DNA of 64,000 bases from an uncultured Selenomonadales bacterium (lineage in GTDB: Bacteria > Bacillota > Negativicutes > Selenomonadales > Selenomonadaceae): contig OMWN01000010.1 of the NCBI GenBank assembly GCA_900314765.1, forward strand, positions 2,854 to 66,853, written 5' to 3'. Both the position numbers and the translations under genes were made by a program. The notes under the pieces are model-generated. The model was given only the letters and a program-made list of their open reading frames with translations. It was not told the origin of the DNA and searched no databases. Shown one piece after another: positions 26,204 through 36,147 of the stretch; positions within the stretch are counted from its first letter, which is position 1; every line of letters starts with the position of its first letter.

Positions 26204-27451
26204 ATGACGAATTCAATGGTTGCATCTCATGCCGCGGGCAAGGTTCTCGGCGACGCGATATTCGGCGCGAGCGCGGCGGCGCAGGCCGCTGCGGCGAAGT
26301 ACGGCGCGGACAAGGTGACGAACGCGACAATCGGCGCCATCATGGGCGACGACGAGAAGCTCGCCTGCATTCCGACGATGGAGAAGGTGTTCCGATCTCT
26401 GCCGATGAGCGACATCATCGCGTACGCTCCGATTGTCGGTTTGCCGGGCTACCTCGATACGGTTGTAAAGCTCACGTTCGCGGATCAGCAGCCAGATGGC
26501 TACACGGCGGCGGGTGCGACGGCGGGTGGCACGGGCGCCGTGCACAATGCAATCGCGAATTACTCTGAGATTGGCGACAAGGTGCTGACGTCTGATTGGT
26601 TTTGGGGTCCGTACACGGCTCTTTGCCATGAGCAGGGACGTGAGCTCACGACGTATCAGCTGTTCGATGAGGAGCAGAATTTCAACATAAAAGATTTCAC
26701 CGCGAAGGTGACGGAGCTTCTGAAGAAGCAGTCGTCGCTGCTCATCATCATCAATACGCCTGCGCACAATCCGACGGGCTACAGCCTCTCCGAAGATGAT
26801 TGGAAGGCCGTCATCGATGTGTGCAAGACGGCAGTGAAATCGGGCGACAAAAAGGTCAGCATCCTCGTTGACATCGCGTACATCGATTATGCGGGCGAGA
26901 AGAATGAGACGCGCAAGTTCATGAAGTTGTTCGGCGGGCTTCCGAACAACATTTTCGTCATGTTCGCGTTCAGCATGTCGAAGGGCTATACGATGTATGG
27001 TCAGCGCACGGGCGCCATCATCGGTCTTTCGCAGAGCAAAGAAATTGTCGACGAATTTGCCAACGCGAACAAGTACACGAGCCGCGCGACGTGGTCGAAC
27101 ATCAATCGCGGCGCGATGACTGTGCTCACGAAGATACAGCAGGACGCGACGCTTCTGGCGCAGTTCGAGAAGGAGCGTGCCGCTCTCTATGAGACAATCA
27201 AAGAGCGTGGCGCCATCTTCATGAACGAGGCAAAAGAGTGCGGACTCAACGCGCTGCCGTATAAAGCAGGTTTCTTCCTCTCAATCCCTGCGAAGGATCC
27301 AGGCGCCGTATGCGATAAGCTGCATGATGATCTCATATTCCCAGTGCCGCTCAAGAAAGGTGTGCGCGTGGCTGTATGTGCAGTGCCTGCGGCAAAGATG
27401 CGCGGCATGGCGGCGAAAATCAAAAAAGCGTGGGACGCCGTAGAGAAATAA
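26204..27451 (+). CDS. Aspartate/aromatic amino-acid aminotransferase (class I, AspC-like)
   Basis: 415 aa with an SMSKGYTMYGQRTGA PLP-lysine motif analogous to AspC SxSKNFGLYNERVG, and NPTGY. Confidence 0.85.
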   Translation: MTNSMVASHAAGKVLGDAIFGASAAAQAAAAKYGADKVTNATIGAIMGDDEKLACIPTMEKVFRSLPMSDIIAYAPIVGLPGYLDTVVKLTFADQQPDGYTAAGATAGGTGAVHNAIANYSEIGDKVLTSDWFWGPYTALCHEQGRELTTYQLFDEEQNFNIKDFTAKVTELLKKQSSLLIIINTPAHNPTGYSLSEDDWKAVIDVCKTAVKSGDKKVSILVDIAYIDYAGEKNETRKFMKLFGGLPNNIFVMFAFSMSKGYTMYGQRTGAIIGLSQSKEIVDEFANANKYTSRATWSNINRGAMTVLTKIQQDATLLAQFEKERAALYETIKERGAIFMNEAKECGLNALPYKAGFFLSIPAKDPGAVCDKLHDDLIFPVPLKKGVRVAVCAVPAAKMRGMAAKIKKAWDAVEK

Positions 27452-27477
27452 GAGAGAAATAAAATAGCGCGAATCAA

Positions 27478-27516
27478 AATGGTCAGAACCTCATTAAAAG
27501 GCTCTGACCATTTTTC
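27478..27516 (+). terminator. Intrinsic terminator after the aminotransferase gene
   Basis: AATGGTCAGA (27479-27488) pairs with TCTGACCATT (27503-27512), followed by TTTT. Confidence 0.8.
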
Positions 27517-27572
27517 GTTTGTGAAAAAAATGTTGTGCATCGATACGATGTCACAATCAGTAGCAAATACTC

Positions 27573-27822
27573 GACCCTCTCCGCCTCGCATTCGCTCGGC
27601 ACCTCCCCCATTGGAGAGGCTAGCGTTACAGTCGCTGAGATTATTTACATTAGCCGAAGCAGTGCATAAGGAAAAACGTAATTTCATAGTTCCATCGTAA
27701 ATCATGCAACTTGCTGTCTGTAAAGAGAAGGACTGTCGTTCACTTTTTATCTATATCGTAAAGCGTTGCTTTCGCTATGCCTCCCACCATGGGGGAGGTG
27801 CCCCGCAGGGGCGGAGAGGGTC
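27573..27822. mobile_element. MITE-like non-autonomous element with composite GC-rich terminal inverted repeats and an AT-rich core
   Basis: The left end is GACCCTCTCCGCC..GGCACCTCCCCCA (27573-27610). The right end is TGGGGGAGGTGCC..GGCGGAGAGGGTC (27790-27822), which is its reverse complement. There is no credible ORF inside. Confidence 0.6.
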
Positions 27823-27850
27823 TTCATAAACTCAAGAGCTTGTAAGAATT

Positions 27851-29467
27851 TTACTTTCTGAACTTATCCTTGTTCATGTTGATGATTTCCGCCATGAGCA
27901 TTTTGCCGACGATGTCGGGGTGAAGGCCGTCTATGCTGAGGTCGTCGTCGAGCAGCGTGTGTGATTTGTTGTAGAAATACGGCTCGAGGTCGATATAGTA
28001 TTCCTGCTCGCGAATGAACGCGTTGATTTTTTTCATCTTCGTCATCCAGTCTGGGTCAGACGGCGTGTGAAATGCTTTCTCGATGTTGGCGGGATTGATG
28101 GGCATGAGCGTGAGGAAGATGGGACGGATGTCATTTGCGAGGCATTTCTCGCGAATGGTCGTGATGTCTTTTATGATGTCGTCCGCCGTGAGATACGAAC
28201 GCAAATCGTTCGAGCCCGTCATGATGATAAGATTGCGCGGATGAAATGGCAGCACGTCGTCCTCGAATCGCATCGCCGTCGTGTGCGCCGTGTCGCCGCT
28301 CCTGCCGAGATTCAGCGCGGGGAAGTCGAGGTATGTCGTGTAGCTGTACTCCGCATTGAAAGGAGAGTATGAGAGCGCGCCGCCGCCGTGCGTGATGCTG
28401 TCGCCGAACGCCGCAGCGAATACGCCGCCTTTTCGCTCGGGCACGGTGAACGTCGCGATGTCTGAATAGCGGCCAATCGTCTTGCCATTTTTGTCGATGG
28501 CTCTGACGCGCCAATAATATGTGCCCGCGTATGGGCGCGGGTATTCGTCGTAGCAGCTGAACGAATCATCCGCCGTGTGATACCACTCGCGATTTTTTGA
28601 TGGCCCTGTCGCGCTCGCGTCACTTGGTGGCTCTATCATGAGCTCGACTTCGTAGAGTCGCTCATCGTGCATCGGTATCCATTGATAAACAGGATAGAGC
28701 GGCGTCTCCGTGCCTGGCATTTTGTCAAACGTGTTGATGAGCGGATAGTCGGGCGGCGTCAGACTTTTGTCAATCGTGATGGCCTCGGAGCGAGAGAATA
28801 CGCCAATCGGTTTTCTGTCGAGGTCGAGAGCGCGCACGCGATAGTAGAGCGTGCCGCGGCTCGCGTATTCGCTGAGGTCTGCTTGATAGCCGTTCGTGTA
28901 GACTCTGCGCGTGCTGAAAAGATGATTTTTCTCCGACAGCTCGACACCGCCTTCTTTTTCGGGCGGCGCAGACAATATCTCTACTTCATAAATGACGGCG
29001 CGCGGGACGGAGTGCCAGACGAGATATGGCTTCACGCTCGCGGGATTTTCCGCAGTGTAGTGAACGATGGTCACGGGCGCGGGCGGATTTGTGTAATTTG
29101 GATTCGGTATCACGTCGAACGGGCTCGCGAGCTTTCCGAATATGCCGTACGCTGTGACTTGATAATACATGGGAATCGCCGAGGACGGCAACGCGTACTC
29201 CGACGATGATGTGTATTCCTCGAGGAATTTATGATATGTTGGCTCACCATCAACGCGTCCCGTTGTCTTCGAGAATGTCTCGACTTTGTATATGCACGGG
29301 TATGGGAGCTTGTCCCACTGTGCGGTGATGTGGCCGCTCTCCTCCGAGAATGATACTTCGAGCGATGTCGTTTCGTTGATGTTGAAGAAATCCGTTTTTT
29401 CGATGAGAAAGACGTTCAAGACTGTGCATATTGACAAAATGATTGCAAACGCAATATATCGCTTCAT
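27851..29467 (-). CDS. Exported SGNH/GDSL hydrolase with N-terminal Ig/Fn3-like repeats
   Basis: N-terminal signal/anchor. The C-terminal domain has AAFGDSITHGGG (block I) and IDGLHPD (block V). Confidence 0.8.
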   Translation of the reverse strand: MKRYIAFAIILSICTVLNVFLIEKTDFFNINETTSLEVSFSEESGHITAQWDKLPYPCIYKVETFSKTTGRVDGEPTYHKFLEEYTSSSEYALPSSAIPMYYQVTAYGIFGKLASPFDVIPNPNYTNPPAPVTIVHYTAENPASVKPYLVWHSVPRAVIYEVEILSAPPEKEGGVELSEKNHLFSTRRVYTNGYQADLSEYASRGTLYYRVRALDLDRKPIGVFSRSEAITIDKSLTPPDYPLINTFDKMPGTETPLYPVYQWIPMHDERLYEVELMIEPPSDASATGPSKNREWYHTADDSFSCYDEYPRPYAGTYYWRVRAIDKNGKTIGRYSDIATFTVPERKGGVFAAAFGDSITHGGGALSYSPFNAEYSYTTYLDFPALNLGRSGDTAHTTAMRFEDDVLPFHPRNLIIMTGSNDLRSYLTADDIIKDITTIREKCLANDIRPIFLTLMPINPANIEKAFHTPSDPDWMTKMKKINAFIREQEYYIDLEPYFYNKSHTLLDDDLSIDGLHPDIVGKMLMAEIINMNKDKFRK

Positions 29468-29499
29468 TATGTTCTCCGTTATTTTCTCCGTTTATAATT

Positions 29500-29528
29500 T
29501 TGGCTATTTTGGATTTTTATTGTATAAT
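29500..29528 (+). promoter_or_regulatory. Sigma-70-type promoter for cobO-smc
   Basis: TTGGCT (29500-29505), 17-nt spacer, TATAAT (29523-29528). Confidence 0.55.
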
Positions 29529-29587
29529 GATAATTTGTGAGAGTGTGAATAGTATATCATAAAATCGCGGAGCAGGAAGGATATTTC

Positions 29588-30133
29588 ATGGAAAATAAAA
29601 AGACACATGGTCTTGTGATTGTGAATACGGGTGATGGAAAGGGCAAGACGACGGCGGCGCTTGGCATCGCCATACGCGCGTGGGGCGAGGATATGCGCGT
29701 GCTCATACTGCAATTCATAAAGGGCGGCTGGAAATATGGCGAGCTCAAAGCGCTCGCGGCGCTCGGCGAGATAAATGGAAAGCTGCGCGTCGAGCAGTGC
29801 GGTCTTGGATTTTCGCAGCGTGACGGAGAAGACAAGGAGCAGCACAAGAAAGCGGCGCATGAGACGCTTGAAAAAGCGCGCGAAGCGATAAAAAACGGTG
29901 AATGGGATGTCATCATACTCGATGAGATTAATTACGCCGTGAAATTTGGACTCATTGAGAAGAAAGAGATGCTGAGCCTGCTCGATGAAAAACCAGAGAC
30001 GCTTCATCTGATACTCACGGGACGCGACGCCGTGCCGGAACTCATCGAGCGAGCTGACCTCGTGACGGAGATGCATCTCGTGAAGCATCCATTCAAGAGA
30101 GGCATAAAGGCGCAAAAGGGCATAGAATTCTAA
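29588..30133 (+). CDS. cobO: Cob(I)yrinic acid a,c-diamide adenosyltransferase (CobA/CobO/BtuR type)
   Basis: GLVIVNTGDGKGKTTAALGIAIRA P-loop and LDEINYA motif, 181 aa. Confidence 0.9.
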   Translation: MENKKTHGLVIVNTGDGKGKTTAALGIAIRAWGEDMRVLILQFIKGGWKYGELKALAALGEINGKLRVEQCGLGFSQRDGEDKEQHKKAAHETLEKAREAIKNGEWDVIILDEINYAVKFGLIEKKEMLSLLDEKPETLHLILTGRDAVPELIERADLVTEMHLVKHPFKRGIKAQKGIEF

Positions 30134-30145
30134 TGACAGTGGTGG

Positions 30146-33100
30146 GTGTTTTTTTTGCAGCTTAAGCGTTTGGAAGCTTACGGATTTAAATCCTTCGCTG
30201 ACAAAATAACAATAGAGTTTGACAAGGGCGTCACGGCCGTAGTGGGTCCAAATGGCAGCGGCAAGAGCAATATCACGGACGCGATTCGCTGGGTGCTCGG
30301 CGAGCAAAACGTGAGAAATCTGCGTGGCACGAAATCAGAGGACATCATATTCGCCGGCAGCGTGTCACGTCGTCAGCTCGGTGTCGCCGATGTCACGCTG
30401 ACATTCATCAACGAGGGCGATTTGCCGATTGACTACGATGAGGTCGTCGTCGAGCGTAGGCTGTATCGCTCAGGTGAGAGTGAATTCTACATCAATAAGT
30501 CACGCTGTCGTCTCAAGGACATATATGCGCTTTTCGCTGACACGGGCCTCGGTCATGATGGGCTCTCGGTCATCGGACAGAACAAGATTGACGATATACT
30601 CAACAGCCGACCAGAGGAGAGACGCCTTTTCTTTGAGGAAACGGCTGGCATAACGAAGTTTCGCGACCGCAAGCGTGAGTCCGTCAGAAAGCTCGACGAC
30701 ACAGAGAAAAATCTCACGCGCGTGACGGACATCATGCAGGAGATAGAGACGCAGCTTGAGCCATTGGCAGAGCAGGCGGAGCGCACGAGAAAATACAATG
30801 CGTGGAATGAAGAATACAAAGAGTGCAGGATAACGGAGCTGTACAGGAAACAGGAGCGCTCGAGTGAAGCCGAGCGAAAAGGCGAAGAAAAAATCGCCGC
30901 CGCGAGGGATGAAGTCGCGGCGGGCGAGGCGGAGCTCGGCAAAATTGAATCAAATAAGGAATTGATTTCCAATAAAGTCGTCATACTGGAAAAGGATATG
31001 GAGAGCAAAGCGGAGGAACGCGAAAAGCTCCATGACAAAATCGAAGAAACGAAAAGCGAGATACGCGTGCTGACGGAGCGCCAAGAGCAGGGCGATGCGA
31101 ATTGGAAACGTATCACGAAGGAGATTGATGCGCTCGATGATGACGCTCTGAGCACGGAAAGTGAAAAGAAGACGCTGTCCGAGATGGAGACGACGCAAAA
31201 AAAGCGCGTCGATGACATGGCGACACGCATCGCGGCGGAGCGTGAGAAGTCGAAGCGCCTCGAGGATGACATACGCAGTCAGAAGGAGCGCGTGAAAGAG
31301 CTCGCGAAGCAAAAGGAACAGGCCGAAAAGGATGCGCTCACAAAGCAAAGCGCGATGGAGCTCATAGATCAGCGCATAGAGTCCGACACGAAAAGCCGCA
31401 AGGAAGGCAAAGAGACGGCTGAAAGCCTGCGCGCGGAGCTCGAGGACGACAGAAAGGAGCTCAAAGAGCTCACGGAGCGTGTCACTTTGCTTGCCAAAGA
31501 AAATGAAACGCTCACGAACGCGAAGCAAGAGATAAAGGAGCGCATAAAGAAGCTGACACTGGATATGCGCGAAAGACAGCAGACGCTGCGCATGAATCAG
31601 CAATACATCGGTCAGGCGGAGGCGAAGCTTTCGGTTCTCACGCGCATGCAGGAGGCGTATGATGGATTTGGCAGGGCGGCGCGCATGGTGCTCTTGTCGA
31701 AGGAGCGCTGGCGCCATCATGTGTGTGGCGCGGTCGCGGAGCTCATAAATGTGCCGCAAAAATATCTCACAGCCATCATGGTGGCGCTCGGTGCGAGCCA
31801 GCAGAGCATTGTGACGGACGACGCGGTCACAGCAAAAGAGGCCATAGCGCATCTTAAGCGCACGAAGGCGGGCAGGGCGACATTTTTGCCGCTCGATACG
31901 ATTGCACAGCGCGCGCATCCGAATGAGAAAATCAATAAAACGGGCGGCGTTATAGGCTATGCGGATGAAGTCGTTCAGACGGACGAGAAATATAAAAGAG
32001 TCGCTGCTTTCCTTTTGGCGCGAACGCTCATCGTCGATACGATTGACCATGCGCTCGTCATAGCGCGCGAGCATGGCCAGCGCATGAGAATCGTGACGCT
32101 TTCGGGCGAGCTCATAAATCTGGGCGGCTCTCTGACGGGCGGCAGCCTGCAAAGTCACGAGGCGGGATTCATGAGCAGAAGCAGTGAAATCGAGACGCTC
32201 AGGGAAACGCTGAGGCAGAAAAAAGCGGAAAAAGATGAGGCGGAGCGTCTCTATAATGAAGCGACGGCGGAGATGAGCGCGTCTGAGACGCGCGAAAGAG
32301 AGACCGTCGAGAAAAGCGAAAACGTGCGCGTGGCACTTGCTGAGGCGCGTGTGAGACGCGACAAGCTCGCGTCGGACACGGAGTCGAAGGAGACGCGGCT
32401 CGACGCGATAATGACGCTTCAGAAGGAGCAGGAAGAGAGCTTCGCAAAGCTCGAGGCGAGTCGCGTCACGATGGCGCGAGAACTTTTGAATCTGCGCACG
32501 AAGTTGAGCCAAATATCGAAGGACGCCATCGCGGCAGGAGATGCGCTCGATGATATTGAGCAGGACGCGAGCGATTTCAGCAAGTACATCAATAAGCTCG
32601 AGGTCGAGAAAGTATCGCTCGAGCACGAGGCATTGCGGAGCCGCGAGCGCATTCTTTTGAAGGAAAAGGAAATCGCGAGAATCAACGCGACGAAGGCTCA
32701 GAAGCGTGACGAGCTTCAAAAAATAAAAGCGGGCATCGCGCTAGGCAGCGAGCAGATAAAAAAGCTCGAGGCTGAGAATGAAGAAAGCGAAAAAATATTT
32801 GCGTCGATAGACGCAGAATATAATGAGATGTACGCGCATAAGCTCGAGCTCGCAAGTCAAAGCAAGGACAACGACAAAGAGCTCCAGTCATGCCGCAGGA
32901 AACTTGGCGCGACGCAGGAGAGGCTTCATCAGCTCGAGATAGAGCAATCGCGTTTGCACTTCGACACGGAGAAATACATCGCCGAGCTGCTTGATGATTA
33001 TCAGCTCAGCGTCGAGGACGCGGCGAGGCAAGCGCTCGACATGACGGACAAAGCCATACGCGAGAAGATGACGTCGCTCGAGGCGGACATAACGGCGCTG

Positions 33101-33697
33101 GGCACGGTGAATCTCAACGCCATTGAGGAATACGATAATCTAAAAAGCCGCCATGATTTGATGACGAATCAAGTGAACGACCTCAATGACGCGCGCGGGA
33201 ATCTCATGCGCATCATTTCGCAGATGGATGACACGATGACGAAGCAGTTCCGTGCCGCGTTTGTGGATATTAAAAAATATTTTAACGAGATTTTCATCAA
33301 GTTGTTCGGCGGCGGCAAGGCTGAGCTTTATTTGACGGACGAGAAAAATGTCCTCGAGGCCGGCGTAGAAATCGTGGTGCAGCTGCCCGAAAAGAAGCAG
33401 CAGAATCTCTCTGTTCTCTCTGGCGGTGAGCGCGCGCTTACGGTGATTGCGCTGATGTTTGCGTTTTTGAAGGTACGTCCGGCGCCGTTTTCCGTGCTCG
33501 ACGAGATAGACGCGCCGCTTGATGAGGCAAACATCGTGCGTTTTGGTCGCTTCCTGCGCGAATTTTCCAATGAGACGCAGTTCGTCATCGTCACGCACAG
33601 GAAGGGCACGATGGAGGCCGCAGACATGATGTACGGCGTGACGCTCGAGGACGCGGGCGTGTCGAAAATCATTTCCGTGAAGCTGGATGATATATAA
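30146..33697 (+). CDS. smc: Chromosome segregation protein SMC
   Basis: LKRLEAYGFKSFADK and GPNGSGKSN Walker A, long coiled coils, a hinge, and C-terminal LSGGERALTVIAL and FSVLDEIDAPLD. The start may instead be the TTG at 30155. Confidence 0.95.
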   Translation: MFFLQLKRLEAYGFKSFADKITIEFDKGVTAVVGPNGSGKSNITDAIRWVLGEQNVRNLRGTKSEDIIFAGSVSRRQLGVADVTLTFINEGDLPIDYDEVVVERRLYRSGESEFYINKSRCRLKDIYALFADTGLGHDGLSVIGQNKIDDILNSRPEERRLFFEETAGITKFRDRKRESVRKLDDTEKNLTRVTDIMQEIETQLEPLAEQAERTRKYNAWNEEYKECRITELYRKQERSSEAERKGEEKIAAARDEVAAGEAELGKIESNKELISNKVVILEKDMESKAEEREKLHDKIEETKSEIRVLTERQEQGDANWKRITKEIDALDDDALSTESEKKTLSEMETTQKKRVDDMATRIAAEREKSKRLEDDIRSQKERVKELAKQKEQAEKDALTKQSAMELIDQRIESDTKSRKEGKETAESLRAELEDDRKELKELTERVTLLAKENETLTNAKQEIKERIKKLTLDMRERQQTLRMNQQYIGQAEAKLSVLTRMQEAYDGFGRAARMVLLSKERWRHHVCGAVAELINVPQKYLTAIMVALGASQQSIVTDDAVTAKEAIAHLKRTKAGRATFLPLDTIAQRAHPNEKINKTGGVIGYADEVVQTDEKYKRVAAFLLARTLIVDTIDHALVIAREHGQRMRIVTLSGELINLGGSLTGGSLQSHEAGFMSRSSEIETLRETLRQKKAEKDEAERLYNEATAEMSASETRERETVEKSENVRVALAEARVRRDKLASDTESKETRLDAIMTLQKEQEESFAKLEASRVTMARELLNLRTKLSQISKDAIAAGDALDDIEQDASDFSKYINKLEVEKVSLEHEALRSRERILLKEKEIARINATKAQKRDELQKIKAGIALGSEQIKKLEAENEESEKIFASIDAEYNEMYAHKLELASQSKDNDKELQSCRRKLGATQERLHQLEIEQSRLHFDTEKYIAELLDDYQLSVEDAARQALDMTDKAIREKMTSLEADITALGTVNLNAIEEYDNLKSRHDLMTNQVNDLNDARGNLMRIISQMDDTMTKQFRAAFVDIKKYFNEIFIKLFGGGKAELYLTDEKNVLEAGVEIVVQLPEKKQQNLSVLSGGERALTVIALMFAFLKVRPAPFSVLDEIDAPLDEANIVRFGRFLREFSNETQFVIVTHRKGTMEAADMMYGVTLEDAGVSKIISVKLDDI

Positions 33698-33752
33698 GGA
33701 GACGCTGATTAATTGAAGCGTAATCAGTGGTTCCAAAAGGGAGGAAAATAAT

Positions 33753-34682
33753 ATGGGTTTCTTTGATAGGCTGAAAAAAGGTCTTGCGAAGACGCGTCAG
33801 TCACTGACGGCCAAGATTGAAACGACGATACTCGGATATGCCGAGATTGACGACGATTTGCTTGACGAGATAGAGGAAATACTCATCATGGCCGACGTGG
33901 GTCTGCCTACGACTGAGAAGCTGATGAAGTCGGTGCGCGCGGGCATCAAAAGCAAAGAGATAAAGTCTCCGCAGGATTTGAAGCCGTACATAGAGAAGCA
34001 GGTCACGGAGATTTTGAAGCGCGGCGGCGCGGGCATCCGCATGGCGGCGAATGGGCCGACTGTGTTGCTCGTCATTGGTGTCAACGGCGCGGGCAAGACG
34101 ACGACGATAGGCAAGCTCAGCGCGTTCTACAATTATTATGGCAAGAAAGTCATGCTCGCGGCGGCCGACACGTTCCGCGCGGCGGCGATAGACCAACTTG
34201 AGATTTGGGGCAATCGCACGAGTGCGGAGGTCATAAAGCACGAGGAGGGCTCAGACCCAGCGGCTGTCGTTTTCGATGCGGTGAAGGCGGCGAAGGCGCG
34301 CGGCATTGACATCCTGATTGTGGACACGGCGGGCAGACTACAGACGAAGTCGAATCTGATGCAGGAGCTTGAGAAAATAAATCGCGTCATCGCGCGCGAA
34401 ATTCCAGGCGCGCCGCATGAGACGTTGCTCGTGCTCGACGCGACGACGGGGCAAAACGCCATCAGCCAGGCAAAGCTCTTTACGCAGGCGGCGCCCATCA
34501 CGGGCGTCGTGCTGACGAAGCTCGACGGCACAGCAAAGGGCGGCGTCGTCATCGGCATAAAGGACGAGCTCAACATGCCGATAAAATGGGTCGGCGTCGG
34601 CGAGAAAGTAGAGGATTTGCGCCCGTTTGTGGCTGAGGATTTCGCAAAGGCGCTTTTTGGCGAGGAGCAATCGAAAAATTAA
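33753..34682 (+). CDS. ftsY: Signal recognition particle receptor FtsY
   Basis: NG domain with GVNGAGKTTTIGKL, DTAGRL and TKLDGTAKGG. Confidence 0.95.
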   Translation: MGFFDRLKKGLAKTRQSLTAKIETTILGYAEIDDDLLDEIEEILIMADVGLPTTEKLMKSVRAGIKSKEIKSPQDLKPYIEKQVTEILKRGGAGIRMAANGPTVLLVIGVNGAGKTTTIGKLSAFYNYYGKKVMLAAADTFRAAAIDQLEIWGNRTSAEVIKHEEGSDPAAVVFDAVKAAKARGIDILIVDTAGRLQTKSNLMQELEKINRVIAREIPGAPHETLLVLDATTGQNAISQAKLFTQAAPITGVVLTKLDGTAKGGVVIGIKDELNMPIKWVGVGEKVEDLRPFVAEDFAKALFGEEQSKN

Positions 34683-34718
34683 TGACCTACGAACGTATGA
34701 GATTAAGAGGTGCTATAT

Positions 34719-35681
34719 TTGGAAGTTGATATCAGTGACAAGGTGAATGGCGTTTTGAAGTACGGCTTCATCGTGCTTGTCGCCATTGCTGTATTGTGCG
34801 CGGGCGGTGTTTTCTATTACGAGAGTGCGCACAGGACACTCTCGGTGATGGATGCCGTCGTGGCGGGCAACGTCGTCGCGGCGAAGGCGCATGCAAAGGG
34901 CGTCGTGAAGGAGATACTCGTATCGGACGGCGATGATGTCGAGGCGGGCACGGTCGTTGCGCGCATTCATGTGAAGGTCTCGCCCGAGGAAATCGAGAAG
35001 CTGAAGAAAGCCGTCGATACGGCAAAGAACAATCTCGATACGGTGAGAGCAGGCGTGACGGTGACGCGGCCTGTTGCAAGCGGCGGCTCTGTTGGCTCCG
35101 AGGCGGCACGCGCAAGGATGGAGCGCATGAACGAGCTCTATGCTATTGGCGCGGTTAGCGCGCAGGAGCGTGACAATGCGGCCGCCGAGTATCAAGCGTC
35201 TGTGCAGCCGAGCATCTCGTATGAGACGGTGACGCAGGCGTCGAGCCCCGAGGCGATAAAGAGTGCGGAGTTTCATCTGCGGCAGGCGGAGGCATCACTG
35301 CGCGCGGCGGAGCAGGAGTCGGCAGCGACGGACATATACGCGCCCGTGCGCGGTCGCGTGTACATCGCCGATGTGCATGAGGGCGACGAGGTGAAGTCGG
35401 GCCAGACGATATTGAGCGTCGGCGATGCGTCTGGCTTTTGGATCGAGGGATATGTCGACATGAGTCATATAGGCGATGTGTCGCTCGGCCAATTTGTGAC
35501 GTATAAGATTGACGGCCATGAATATCAGGGCAACATCGCTGACATCGAGGAGCCGAAGGAAAACGGCGACGATGATGTGCATGCGGACGATTTCATCGTT
35601 CGCATTCCAATGGAGCAGGGCGGTGGCAAAGATGCGCGCCCAGGCGAGAAAGCGACGGTAAAGATTTCGCTCGACAAATAG
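34719..35681 (+). CDS. HlyD-family / efflux adaptor-like membrane fusion protein
   Basis: N-terminal TM anchor, biotin-lipoyl-like segment (VVKEILVSDGDDVEAGTVVARI), coiled coil and beta-barrel. I chose the TTG at 34719 because of an AAGAGG RBS. Confidence 0.7.
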   Translation: MEVDISDKVNGVLKYGFIVLVAIAVLCAGGVFYYESAHRTLSVMDAVVAGNVVAAKAHAKGVVKEILVSDGDDVEAGTVVARIHVKVSPEEIEKLKKAVDTAKNNLDTVRAGVTVTRPVASGGSVGSEAARARMERMNELYAIGAVSAQERDNAAAEYQASVQPSISYETVTQASSPEAIKSAEFHLRQAEASLRAAEQESAATDIYAPVRGRVYIADVHEGDEVKSGQTILSVGDASGFWIEGYVDMSHIGDVSLGQFVTYKIDGHEYQGNIADIEEPKENGDDDVHADDFIVRIPMEQGGGKDARPGEKATVKISLDK

Positions 35682-35715
35682 AGCGCAAATAATTTTGAGG
35701 AGAGCTGATTCTTTT

Positions 35716-36147
35716 ATGAAGAAAATGAAGGAGAAGGTTCTGCTTTATCAATTTGAAGAAGACAGGCGCATCGCAGTGGAGAAAGTCATGCGCTCACTTC
35801 AAATTGAGACGGTCACATTGCCAGCGGAAAGCTGGCGACAAAAGATTGGGTATCTGCTCGGCATCAAGGGATTTAAGAGAAGCGATGGCGATGAAAATGA
35901 GACATTCGATTTTCCTCATGAAGTCATGTTGCTCTATCATATTCAGGGGAAACAGCTCGACAGAGTGTTGAAAGCCATGCGCGACGCTGGGCTTGCGCCT
36001 GTGAGGTACAAGGCAGTCGTCACGCCGTACAATGTCCTCTGGACGCTGAGAAAGCAATGTGAGACGATGCAAAAGGAACACGCTTATATGGCAGAGCGCG
36101 ATGATAAAGGGAATAACGAAAACAAAGAAGAGAGGGAGCAGAATTGA
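35716..36147 (+). CDS. Small conserved protein, DUF3783-like
   Basis: The VLLYQF...LDRVLKAMRDAGLAPVRYKAVVTPYNVLWTL pattern resembles DUF3783; this is from memory, so a moderate call. Confidence 0.5.
   Translation: MKKMKEKVLLYQFEEDRRIAVEKVMRSLQIETVTLPAESWRQKIGYLLGIKGFKRSDGDENETFDFPHEVMLLYHIQGKQLDRVLKAMRDAGLAPVRYKAVVTPYNVLWTLRKQCETMQKEHAYMAERDDKGNNENKEEREQN

Noticed and set aside
29468-29587. A cobalamin riboswitch upstream of the cob(I)alamin adenosyltransferase gene.
   Set aside because: The region holds only a promoter and a ~60-nt leader. It contains no B12-box-like sequence.
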